From a virus (lineage: Duplodnaviria; Caudoviricetes): a stretch of DNA of 51,023 nt. Shown here piece by piece: positions 29,660 to 38,283 of the stretch. A model generated the notes under the pieces. The model made no database searches, was not told the DNA's origin, and was given only the letters and a program-made list of their open reading frames with translations. The position numbers were made by a program, and so were the translations under genes. Location: positions 1-51,023 of the IMG/VR virus record IMGVR_UViG_3300037510_000392. The stretch is one strand, 5' to 3'. The stretch's first letter is position 1. Each line of letters opens with the position of its first letter.

Positions 29660-29899
29660 CTAGCCCTTCTGCGCCGCGATCAGCGCGTTGATCTGCGCCA
29701 GCAGCGTGGCAGGCGTCAGGCAGGGCCGATCAAACAGGCGCGCCAGCAGGGTCGGATCGTCAACGGTCTGTGTCGCCACCAGGGTGGCATAGGCGCTGAC
29801 GAGGGCACGGTACAGGCCTTTGTCATCAGCCATGCCGTGCGCGATGAGGCGCTGCGTAAAGGCCAGCACTTGCGTGTCGTTGGGTTGAATCGGTATCAT
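29660..29899 (-). CDS. Hypothetical protein
   Basis: RBS aaagga; 79 aa. Confidence 0.6.
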   Translation of the reverse strand: MIPIQPNDTQVLAFTQRLIAHGMADDKGLYRALVSAYATLVATQTVDDPTLLARLFDRPCLTPATLLAQINALIAAQKG

Positions 29900-30015
29900 G
29901 TGAATGTGATCCTTTGTGATAGAAGGGTTACAGAGAAGGCACGCTGAACGGCTCCGTCCAAAGAAACGTTCAGCGTGTTTGCGTTAGTGGGGCTGTATAC
30001 ACCGCCCCTTGCGGT

Positions 30016-30933
30016 CTAGCTGGCCTGTGTCTCAGGTTTGGTGTCCGCGCCCACGTAGTCACGCATCACAGCACGAGCGGCCGCAACCCCCTGGGTCCAC
30101 TGCGACCACTTGTCGATTTTCAGGGCGTCCGTGATGTCCTTCACGCTCATCCCCTGGGCCTTCCACTCCTTGACAAACGCCTCAACCGTATCGCGGTCCT
30201 GAAACTCATCCCGCTTGATCTCATGGTCGGTCTCAGCGGCCACCGCCGAATCATCCTCGGTAAGGCGCTCACGAGTGCCGTTTTCATAGGCGCGGGCGAA
30301 CGGCTCAAAGGTTTCCCAACTGACCGACTTGAGGCGCTGGCCCTCCCCCAACTCGGCACCCCGCGACTTGACGACGCGCCCCGTGTGATCCGCTTGCAGA
30401 TGCACCACAAAATCGAAGATGTACGCCATCTGCCCATCGCTGTCCGGCTTCATGCCAACACGCCGCATATCGTCACCCGTGCCCTCGTACTCCGTGGTTT
30501 CACGGGCGATGACAACCACGTGACAGGGCAGATTGGTGAGGCGCGTGTACAGGGTGCCCATGCGCATGTTCAATTTGCCCCACTCACGGAAACCCATTTC
30601 CCCGCGCTTGTTCGTTTTGGCGGTGGCCTCACGCTGCACCTTGTAGAACACGCTGATCGGGTCGATGACGAGTGTCTTCACACTCTTGCCCTTGTCGGCC
30701 TCGATGAAGTCGACAGCACTTTCGAGTTCGCTAAGCGTCTTGGCATCCATGACCAGAAACGGGGCGATGCCAGGACGTCCGCGGTACAGGGTGGTGCCGC
30801 CCTCGGCATCCACAACGGCGCAGCCAGGGAAGGACAGCGCCGCACGGGTTTTGCCACTGCCAGGGCCACCAAACAGCAGGACCTTGAGATAGCGAGCGGT
30901 TTGTGCGGCGGGCTTGAAGGGATTGTGGGTCAT
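30016..30933 (-). CDS. Sak4-like (AAA_24) single-strand annealing ATPase
   Basis: LKVLLFGGPGSGKT, VDAEGG, TLVIDPIS, HVVVIARE, YIFDFVVHL. Confidence 0.8.
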   Translation of the reverse strand: MTHNPFKPAAQTARYLKVLLFGGPGSGKTRAALSFPGCAVVDAEGGTTLYRGRPGIAPFLVMDAKTLSELESAVDFIEADKGKSVKTLVIDPISVFYKVQREATAKTNKRGEMGFREWGKLNMRMGTLYTRLTNLPCHVVVIARETTEYEGTGDDMRRVGMKPDSDGQMAYIFDFVVHLQADHTGRVVKSRGAELGEGQRLKSVSWETFEPFARAYENGTRERLTEDDSAVAAETDHEIKRDEFQDRDTVEAFVKEWKAQGMSVKDITDALKIDKWSQWTQGVAAARAVMRDYVGADTKPETQAS

Positions 30934-31026
30934 GGTGTATCTCTCCTGAGAAAAGAACGGGTGATCGAACGGTGTAGACTCATCGTAGCATGGGTGGGGC
31001 GCAGCGCGGTGCGCCCCTTTGCGGTC

Positions 31027-31752
31027 CTACGCCTGCGGGCGAACCACGCGGGCATTGATGTCACGGTTGCGACGCGCACGGGGCAGCGGGGCAGCGGTCT
31101 TGCGGGCCTTGATGTCCATATAGCTGGCATAGTGCGATTCGCTCTTCTCGTTGCCAGGAATGACCACCGCCACAGCGCTCTTTGCAGTGCCATGTGCGAA
31201 CGACACCTGCGTGCCCTTCTTGAGACTCATGAGCGCGATGACCGCCTGCGTGCCCCCAAAGACGTTGCGAGTGTCGAATTTCACGCTGTCTACAAAATCG
31301 CCATCCGTGTAATCGATGAAGCCGTATCCCGACTTGATGCTGACATAACCAAGCGTGCCCACCACACGCCCTGCGTCCGTCATGTGTGCGGGCTGCGCTG
31401 CGACAGGGGTCTCGACGGTCTGGACAGTCACAACAGCGGGCTGATCCATCACCACGACAGCAGGGGTGTCCTCAGATGCGATCACCGCCCACCCTGTGAC
31501 CTGGCTGAGCGCATACCATCCCGCCACCAGATCGAGCGTGTTCTCGTCGGGCATGATCCGAACCATCAGACCGTGCACAGGATGAGTGTGCGCGGTGGTG
31601 ATGATGCCCGTGTGCAGCAGATCGTTGTTCGCCTCGTCAGCGGCAACCTGATACTGTGCAAACGCGCGATACTGGACGCGGCCATTCAGGAGCTGCTTGT
31701 CTGAGAGCAGGGTGCCGATGGGTGTAACAGCGTATTGTGTGGAGGCGTTCAT
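31027..31752 (-). CDS. Protein with C-terminal cold-shock-like OB domain and basic tail
   Basis: GTLGYVSIKSGYGFID (RNP1-like) and LKKGTQVSF. Confidence 0.6.
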   Translation of the reverse strand: MNASTQYAVTPIGTLLSDKQLLNGRVQYRAFAQYQVAADEANNDLLHTGIITTAHTHPVHGLMVRIMPDENTLDLVAGWYALSQVTGWAVIASEDTPAVVVMDQPAVVTVQTVETPVAAQPAHMTDAGRVVGTLGYVSIKSGYGFIDYTDGDFVDSVKFDTRNVFGGTQAVIALMSLKKGTQVSFAHGTAKSAVAVVIPGNEKSESHYASYMDIKARKTAAPLPRARRNRDINARVVRPQA

Positions 31753-31878
31753 CTGATGTATGATCCTTTGTATTGATTGTTTGCTGCGATCAATGTTTCA
31801 TGGTTTTGTGCAGAGCGCCCGTGTTCCAGACGGGCGTTTTGCGTTTGTGGTCGTGAGTTGTCGTGCTCACTTATAATC

Positions 31879-31906
31879 ATTATATATGCATCTGAGGGAA
31901 TGTCAA
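31879..31906 (-). promoter_or_regulatory. Consensus leftward promoter
   Basis: Minus strand TTGACA-16 bp-TATAAT. Confidence 0.7.
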
Positions 31907-31991
31907 TAGCGCAGACGTTAATTATATTGCGTTTGAAAAATATAGCTGTATACTGTTGGCATCATGTCAAATCACATCAGGAGTATCGGCA

Positions 31992-32225
31992 ATGATGTCA
32001 GGATTTAAAACGCACCTAAAAACACTGATGATGAAACGAGGCCTTGAAAGAGGCGAACCGATCACACAGAAGCAGATCGCACAGGCTACAGGCATCTCTC
32101 AGCCAACACTTTCGCGGTGGTATCAGGGGAGCGTCGATAGACTCGAATTTGATACCGTCGCCAAATTGATGCGGTATTTCAACTGCGAGCTAAGCGACCT
32201 AATCACAGCAAAGCTTGACGACTAA
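31992..32225 (+). CDS. Cro/C1-type (XRE, HTH_26-like) regulator
   Basis: ITQKQIAQATGISQPTLSRW...FNCELSDLI; RBS aggag. Confidence 0.88.
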   Translation: MMSGFKTHLKTLMMKRGLERGEPITQKQIAQATGISQPTLSRWYQGSVDRLEFDTVAKLMRYFNCELSDLITAKLDD

Positions 32226-32355
32226 TCCAGCGCGCGATATGAGTATCGGGCGCATTTTTAATAGAGGTGTAGCAGGGCCATAGGATCAGTCTTATGGCCC
32301 TCGATTGTTGTCTCGCGTTATGATGGAAGGCAAACAAAACAGAGGAGTCGTACTA

Positions 32356-33153
32356 ATGCCACCCATGACAAAGGCGCAGTTTGAGGAGATTAAGGCACTC
32401 GTGGCCACCCGTGAGCCGAGCAAAATTGAGCAAGCGAAGCGGCTGCTGCGCGGGATTGACGATGACCGCGCCCGCTCCATGCTGGCCACCTTGGAAGAGC
32501 GATTCCCCACACCAGCGCGCACGCCGATCACCTCCGCAAAGAAGGGGCCAGCAAAAGCCCCTGCCGATGATCTGGACGAGGTCAGACGCCTGATTGCACA
32601 GAAGAGGTTTGATGAGGCCGAGACGCTGCTATGGAAATCAAACGCGCCTGAAGCAGGGGATTTGCTCAAAAAAATCGCCCTGGTGCGTGGGGCGCAGCCA
32701 GCGACACGGGCCACCAGCACAGCACCCGCGGTTGCACCGATTTCAGGCTTTCAGGTGAAGGCCAAAGACAAACCCAAGACCTCATCCGGCATGGTGGCCT
32801 TTGCTGCTGTGGTCGGGACCCTGTTCGTGCTTGGTGTGATTGCGGTTGGTGTGATCCTTTTCCAGCAGCAGAAGGAAAAGGAAGAGAAGCCAGGGAAGAT
32901 TTATCTTCAACTCTATGGTGTGTGCTACTATCTGGCACTGGATGAACATGACCTGTCAGAGTATCAATCTGAGGATATGCTGACGGCAGCCTGCGAACTG
33001 ACCGCAGAGGAGTTTATGACCAACTATCCGTCGACAGCAGAATACTGCTACGATCACACGGCGGGCGTAAAGGATTACGTTGGCTGGTTTGGTTGCGATG
33101 CGGAAAACTCAGACAAGCTCAATGTCCAGTACATTGTGGCGGCGATGCGTTAG
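32356..33153 (+). CDS. Single-pass membrane protein with two short helical repeats
   Basis: EVRRLIAQKRFDEAETLL repeat, TM, Cys-containing C-domain. Confidence 0.7.
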   Translation: MPPMTKAQFEEIKALVATREPSKIEQAKRLLRGIDDDRARSMLATLEERFPTPARTPITSAKKGPAKAPADDLDEVRRLIAQKRFDEAETLLWKSNAPEAGDLLKKIALVRGAQPATRATSTAPAVAPISGFQVKAKDKPKTSSGMVAFAAVVGTLFVLGVIAVGVILFQQQKEKEEKPGKIYLQLYGVCYYLALDEHDLSEYQSEDMLTAACELTAEEFMTNYPSTAEYCYDHTAGVKDYVGWFGCDAENSDKLNVQYIVAAMR

Positions 33154-33200
33154 AGGGGTATGCACCAAAAAAACACGGTGGGCTGCTCAATTGATTTCAA

Positions 33201-33509
33201 TCAGCAAAAGTTATTGCACCCATAGCCATTGAAGGCACCGGACACCCAGAGCAAGCACACCAGCATTAAAAGGATCAGAATAAGGAGACTTAAAAGGATA
33301 ACGCTCCCTCGCATTTTAGGGGGCGTTTTTGTGTTCTGCCCAGGTCGCGTGTCAGCAGGCAATTGCCCTGACACCTGCGGATGCCGTGCATTCAACCTTG
33401 CGAGAGCCTCCGTTGCGCCCCATTTTGTGAGGAGTGCGCGGGCCTCATCAATCTCCCCGATCCTGACAAGACCGTTGATTGTGTCGGTCTGTTCGCGTGT
33501 CAGTGGCAT
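33201..33509 (-). CDS. Small membrane protein with the same helical motif
   Basis: INGLVRIGEIDEARALL, C-terminal TM; RBS gggagg. Confidence 0.6.
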   Translation of the reverse strand: MPLTREQTDTINGLVRIGEIDEARALLTKWGATEALARLNARHPQVSGQLPADTRPGQNTKTPPKMRGSVILLSLLILILLMLVCLLWVSGAFNGYGCNNFC

Positions 33510-33546
33510 TGATCCCTCCCTGTGTCTTTGTCAGATCTTAGCACAG

Positions 33547-33580
33547 AAAACAAAACACCCCACCGCGTGGGGCTTTTGTT
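33547..33580. terminator. Hairpin terminator, possibly bidirectional, after the rep-par operon
   Basis: ccccac-cgc-gtgggg flanked by A- and T-rich runs. Confidence 0.55.
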
Positions 33581-33674
33581 CAAAATGAGGCTCGCGATGC
33601 AATCAACATCGTCAGGCCTCATTGTATCATGGGTGGGGTCAAGAGCCTCAGAGGGATTGAGGCTCTTGTGCTGA

Positions 33675-34526
33675 TTATTTAATCCCCCACCGACGTTTAA
33701 ATGCTTCTAGTGCATGCTCATTCGCAGCCACAATCTGACGTGCGCGCTCATGATCTTGCTGCTTCGCTTTGGATGGATCAACATCGCTTAGGGATTTGAA
33801 CGGGGATGGCAGGGCCGCATAGTTGATCCCCTCATCTGATAAGAGCGTGGGTGATGGCGCGGTATCCCGTGCCTCCAACGCTGACGATGGAGGCCATTCC
33901 TCTGGCATCCCCGCGCCGATCCACTGACGGAAAGCAGCGAACGAAAGTTTACGATCAACGGCAAATTGCAGCGCCCGCACTTGATCCTCAACAGGCATCT
34001 TTGCCACGCGAGAGTGATGTGCCCAAGAGAGATTTTCCGTACGTACGGAAAATGGCACGTTGCGCGCCACATAAGTGTAGTCATACAGCGTCTTCGGCTC
34101 ACGACCCAAGCTCTCCGCTATCGCAGTGTGTTCGCCGTACCCTACCCCCTCCCCTTGCACCAGCCAATCACCAATAAGCCACTGAATCGACCCCTCAAGT
34201 CTGAATATCAGCTTACCAACCTCTACCCATGCATCGTAACCCATCCCATCCGGCGCGATCAATCCAGTGGGGGAGAACTGGAAACCCTCTACCATCAGAC
34301 TGTTATCCTGCAAAGCCAAGCCGCTGCCGCGATTTGCAAGCATCTCCTGAAGCTGCGCAACCTGGCCTTTTAACTCCTCGTTCTCGGCACGAAATTTGTT
34401 GTCTCGTGGCGGAATAGGGGAGTTTGCAGCGGCGACAAAGATCTCCTCCGATGGCGGCATCGGCCCCTTGTCCCTGTCATTGCTCAAGCGGGACATAAAC
34501 CGCTCGTCATTGCCCCGCTTGCTCAT
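33675..34526 (-). CDS. LmbU-like DNA-binding protein coupled to ParA
   Basis: TGL..W..VG......QWLIGDWL..GE..YG..TLYDYTYVAR....R..LSWAHH.RVA matches the LmbU-family pattern. Confidence 0.7.
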   Translation of the reverse strand: MSKRGNDERFMSRLSNDRDKGPMPPSEEIFVAAANSPIPPRDNKFRAENEELKGQVAQLQEMLANRGSGLALQDNSLMVEGFQFSPTGLIAPDGMGYDAWVEVGKLIFRLEGSIQWLIGDWLVQGEGVGYGEHTAIAESLGREPKTLYDYTYVARNVPFSVRTENLSWAHHSRVAKMPVEDQVRALQFAVDRKLSFAAFRQWIGAGMPEEWPPSSALEARDTAPSPTLLSDEGINYAALPSPFKSLSDVDPSKAKQQDHERARQIVAANEHALEAFKRRWGIK

Positions 34527-35344
34527 TTGCCCGCCTCCGATGCGACCAAATCAAACAGCACCGACGTGATCACACCCAATTCCGTGATGGCTTTGCGGGC
34601 TTCCACACGCTCGGCATACACGCCGCGCTCTGACAGTGCATAGATGCTCATCTCGAACTGAGCCGCACGCCGCCACACCGCCAGATCGCGCATCGGCTGG
34701 AAGACACTAAAGCGCTTTTCCCAGACTCCGCGCACATACCCGCTGTTCACCTGATGAACACGCTCGGAGGCTGAAAAGCGATTCGGGACAATGCCGAGCA
34801 CCTCAGCCACCTTGTAACCCGCGCGCTCCCCTGCCACCTTTGCAGCATCAAGATAACCGACAGTGGTCTCAAGAGATTTCACACTGTCGATCTCCAAGAG
34901 AGTGGGAAGAATCACGTAATCGCTGGCATAGTACAGGCCTGTGTGCGTGTTGCTGACGCCAGGGGGCAAATCGCACACCACAACATCGACCATCCCGCGC
35001 AGCTCATTCATGCGCTCATAAATGATTGGTGGGGTAGCGTCGTTTTTCTCCACCTGCAGCTGCTGATTGAAGGCAGGCAGCACAGCGAGATAGTTAACAT
35101 CTTGGCCTGTAAATTCTGCTGGAACAGGGCTGAGGACCTGATTCCACTCCGCATCATCAAGGATCAACGATTTAAAGCCATCCCACCGCTTGACCCGCAT
35201 CCCATCGGCGGCATTCCCCTGGCCGTCTGCGTCGATGACAACGGTTGTGTAGCCCTGCAACGCAGATGCGGCTGCAATATTCTTGGCAAGCGTCGTCTTG
35301 CCGATCCCACCCTTACGGCCCAACACTGAGAGAATAATGGTCAT
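34523..35344 (-). CDS. parA: ParA family partition ATPase
   Basis: Deviant Walker A KGGIGKTT, IDADGQGN, VVCDLPPG, GIVPNRF. Confidence 0.9.
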   Translation of the reverse strand: MTIILSVLGRKGGIGKTTLAKNIAAASALQGYTTVVIDADGQGNAADGMRVKRWDGFKSLILDDAEWNQVLSPVPAEFTGQDVNYLAVLPAFNQQLQVEKNDATPPIIYERMNELRGMVDVVVCDLPPGVSNTHTGLYYASDYVILPTLLEIDSVKSLETTVGYLDAAKVAGERAGYKVAEVLGIVPNRFSASERVHQVNSGYVRGVWEKRFSVFQPMRDLAVWRRAAQFEMSIYALSERGVYAERVEARKAITELGVITSVLFDLVASEAGK

Positions 35345-35365
35345 GATGTTTTGTCCCCTTCTGGA

Positions 35366-36589
35366 CTAAAGTGCGTATTCGAGATGTTGTTTTGAAATGA
35401 CAGTCTGCCCCGATGCGTCAGAGGTCCCAACGTCGGGATGATTGGCGGGCTGGTGATTGCATTCAATCAGAGATTCGGGATCTTCACCCATCATGCGAGC
35501 GGTTTCGCGACGCATCTCAGCAAGTCGATCTTCGGTCAGGGCTGGTGAGATCAGTGACGTCTGGTTAAATGTAATCTTTTGTTGATCACGCAGAGCCAGC
35601 ACACCCGCCCCACCCTGATCCATCTCCCCCACCAGGAACCCGGGCGGGTTGTGAAGATTGGTCGCGGCGCGGGCGTGGGCCAGCACATAGCGAATATCCG
35701 CCTCTGGATAGGTGCGCACGAGACGCGCCGCCTGATGCGGCACGACGCCGAAGCGGATCAGATCCGCCCGCAGCACGTCGGCAGCCTGCGGAGAGAGAAC
35801 CTTTTGCGGAACTTTGGAGAGAGAGGTGTCGTTTGGGTGTTGGCTTTGCTGTGCTTCAACGTCAGATGCATCGTTGCGCATCTCGTCTTTGAGGCTTTGC
35901 ATCTCTTCGGCGTCAATGAGCATCTCCCCTGTCTCAGCTTCGTGAGTGATGGGGCGGGGTGGGGTGACAACAACAACAGCGGGTGATCCCGGTACGGCAT
36001 CGGTCTCTGTGTCATCGCGCGCAGGTGTGCGTGATGCTGTTGTTTGAGTCTTTGATGGTTTATTTTGATTCTTATTTTCTTTTTCTGTTGTTTTATATTC
36101 GACGTTTTTGTCGAACCATTTGACATTTTCGTCGGACGATTCGACGTTTTTGTCAAATGCATCTGCGCTTTCGGTCTGATCAAGAAGCGTTGCGAGAACA
36201 TGTTCATTCACGCTGTACCAATAGGCCATTTTGAGATCATCCGCGCCATACTGACGCCGTATGATCACCTTCATGGTTTCGAGGCGCTTCATGATGGTAC
36301 CGAGCTGCCGAGGGGTGAGCCATTTGAAATCACGCCGGCACCACTTCTCAAGAGAGCTGAATGTCCACCAGCGACCATCACGGTAGCTGATGTGCGGGTT
36401 CTGGGCCTGATTGTAGGTGAGCCAAGCGCGCAGTTTGCAGACGACAAGCGCGGCCTCAGCGCTGCCCAGGGCTTCGGAGAGGTCATAGACGCCATGAGGC
36501 TGGATGATGTGCAGCGGCGCGGGCTGATCGGTCTGTGAAGAAACGTTAACGGATTCCTCTTGTGCAGAGGTCTGGTTAAATTTAATCAT
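35366..36589 (-). CDS. Replication initiator (winged-helix, internal origin)
   Basis: DGRWWTFSS.E.W..DF.WL...L..L...KVI...YWYSVN motif of phage/plasmid initiators; internal iterons. Confidence 0.75.
   Translation of the reverse strand: MIKFNQTSAQEESVNVSSQTDQPAPLHIIQPHGVYDLSEALGSAEAALVVCKLRAWLTYNQAQNPHISYRDGRWWTFSSLEKWCRRDFKWLTPRQLGTIMKRLETMKVIIRRQYGADDLKMAYWYSVNEHVLATLLDQTESADAFDKNVESSDENVKWFDKNVEYKTTEKENKNQNKPSKTQTTASRTPARDDTETDAVPGSPAVVVVTPPRPITHEAETGEMLIDAEEMQSLKDEMRNDASDVEAQQSQHPNDTSLSKVPQKVLSPQAADVLRADLIRFGVVPHQAARLVRTYPEADIRYVLAHARAATNLHNPPGFLVGEMDQGGAGVLALRDQQKITFNQTSLISPALTEDRLAEMRRETARMMGEDPESLIECNHQPANHPDVGTSDASGQTVISKQHLEYAL
36050..36157. repeat. Putative replication origin: three 21-bp-period iterons plus AT-rich tract
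   Basis: ttcgacgtttttgtcgaa 36098, tttgacattttcgtcgga 36119, ttcgacgtttttgtcaaa 36140; T-rich 36050..36097. Confidence 0.75.
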
Positions 36590-36719
36590 CGGTGCTATAC
36601 TGTCCTTGTCGGGCTATTCCCGTGTCAGGGTGGTCTGATGCCCTTGTGAACAGCGATTTGAAGCTCATCCCGCCAAGAACAAGATTCAAATTGCTGTGTT
36701 GTGGTTAAATTTAATCATC
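36573..36719. promoter_or_regulatory. Two identical 18-bp near-palindromes flanking the rep leader, with an antisense extended -10 and hairpins between them
   Basis: tggttaaatttaatcatc at 36573 and 36702; TGcTATACT at 36593..36601; stem 36650..36662/36685..36697. Confidence 0.6.
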
Positions 36720-36824
36720 ATCTCGGTTCGTACCCGAATTGATGATCAGGCGATGCCCGCTTTGCAGCGGGTTTTTGCGTGTGTGGTGATTGTATCTGAT
36801 CCTGATAAATCCGCCAATTTGTTC

Positions 36825-37031
36825 TTATTCACCCTCCTCATCCCTCTCACGGTTGATGCGATCTCGCTCGCGATCTTCAATCTCGTGACGTCGCGCCCTA
36901 TCCTGCGGGCTTTCTGATTGCCCGATCCATACCATCGGCCCAAACCGCTGATCCTCCAGAATGCGCGCTTCCAGAAGGCCCATGCGTCGATAAGCCAGAT
37001 TCATAAGAAAGCGGTGTTCATCTTCGGTCAT
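36825..37031 (-). CDS. Small hypothetical protein
   Basis: RBS gagggg; charged C-terminus. Confidence 0.5.
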   Translation of the reverse strand: MTEDEHRFLMNLAYRRMGLLEARILEDQRFGPMVWIGQSESPQDRARRHEIEDRERDRINRERDEEGE

Positions 37032-37133
37032 GGTGTTGCGTCCCCCTCTCTGGCAGATGCCCTGCCCCACTGCTGAATCTTGCGCCCTTTTGCAAAGGGC
37101 AGGAATATTCGATTATACGCCCCTATTTCCTCG

Positions 37134-37394
37134 CTACAGCAGCGGCCCCTTCGCGTCCTTCACGGTTTTGTGATCGCACTTCAGGCCTGCCAGGAATGCG
37201 CTGTGCGCCTCATCAAACAGCAGTCGATCAATCACCTGACCGCTCTTGATCATATCGGCCACCATCTGCGCGGTGCTCTTGTCTGTCTCACATGTGCAGA
37301 TGGACCACACGCACCCGCAGGGACCACGACCAACATAGCAGTGCGTGGGCTTCTCCTCTGGCTTGTAGCGGTCTGGATTGCTGCGCACGGCCAT
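37134..37394 (-). CDS. Small Cys-containing hypothetical protein
   Basis: RBS gagga; PCGC motif. Confidence 0.6.
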   Translation of the reverse strand: MAVRSNPDRYKPEEKPTHCYVGRGPCGCVWSICTCETDKSTAQMVADMIKSGQVIDRLLFDEAHSAFLAGLKCDHKTVKDAKGPLL

Positions 37395-37396
37395 TG

Positions 37397-37783
37397 CTAA
37401 TCCTCTCTGCTCGGTGGGGTGGGGGAGGGGTGTGATGTTATCTCTAACGCCATGATCTGATCGAAAGACAGCCATCGGCTGTTGACGAAGTACAGCAAAT
37501 CCTTGACAGGGTAGCTGCCTGGCTCTGACAACGCCGATGATGGAAGGATCTGAAATTTAAACCACGTGACAGCGATCCGCGCGTGCCGACCTGAAATATC
37601 CCAATTGGGCGCTGGGTCATCAAACGTGCCCATTCCATTGTCGATCTCGTAAAATGGAAACGTGCTCATGATGATACAATCCGCGCTCCATGTTGGAAGG
37701 CGCGCCCGCGTTTTCCCTGGGATCACATGAGCACCAAACCGCGCCCATGATTCTTCTGTCATGATCGGCGGTATAGATGTCAC
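37397..37783 (-). CDS. Hypothetical protein
   Basis: GTG start overlapping the stop of the upstream HTH gene. Confidence 0.55.
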   Translation of the reverse strand: MTSIPPIMTEESWARFGAHVIPGKTRARLPTWSADCIIMSTFPFYEIDNGMGTFDDPAPNWDISGRHARIAVTWFKFQILPSSALSEPGSYPVKDLLYFVNSRWLSFDQIMALEITSHPSPTPPSRED

Positions 37784-38019
37784 TGCGCCACGTCCCCACG
37801 CTTCACCACAAACAGATCGTTCGGTGTGCACTCGAAATAGAGGCAGAACGCCGCCATCGTGTCGAAGGGGCAGGATTTGACGCGGTTGTTGATCCAGCGA
37901 TGGATATTCTGGCGCGACATGCCGCACGCCTTTGCGACCTCGCTCATAGAAATCGCGCGCCGCTCACGCTGCATCTTGTCGGCCAGCAGTTCATTCAGGC
38001 GGTTCTGCACAAGCATCAC
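37780..38019 (-). CDS. Cro/C1-type (HTH_26-like) regulator
   Basis: ISMSEVAKACGMSRQNIHRW...FECTPNDLF. Confidence 0.85.
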   Translation of the reverse strand: MMLVQNRLNELLADKMQRERRAISMSEVAKACGMSRQNIHRWINNRVKSCPFDTMAAFCLYFECTPNDLFVVKRGDVAQ

Positions 38020-38264
38020 TACTGAGCCTCCGACTGATGGCCGCTGCGATCAATATACAGGAAATCGGCAATGTCGCACTTAAAGTAATCACATAGAGCC
38101 TGCACAACATCCAGATTAACAAACTCCATCTGATTCTTCTTGTACTTGTCGAGGGTCTGGCGGGAGACGCCTAACGCACTGGCAATCTCCTTCAGGGTGA
38201 TGTCTCGCTCTTCAGCTGCCTCTTTCTGGCGGCGCAGGACTTCAAATCTGTTCTTCACTGCCAT
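38019..38264 (-). CDS. Cro/C1-type (HTH_26-like) regulator
   Basis: ITLKEIASALGVSRQTLDKY...FKCDIADFL. Confidence 0.85.
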   Translation of the reverse strand: MAVKNRFEVLRRQKEAAEERDITLKEIASALGVSRQTLDKYKKNQMEFVNLDVVQALCDYFKCDIADFLYIDRSGHQSEAQ

Positions 38265-38283
38265 CCTCGTACATTTTCCTTTC

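Noticed and set aside
30223-31704. 493-aa + strand ORF
   Set aside because: Antisense shadow of the Sak4-like and cold-shock-domain genes; no motifs
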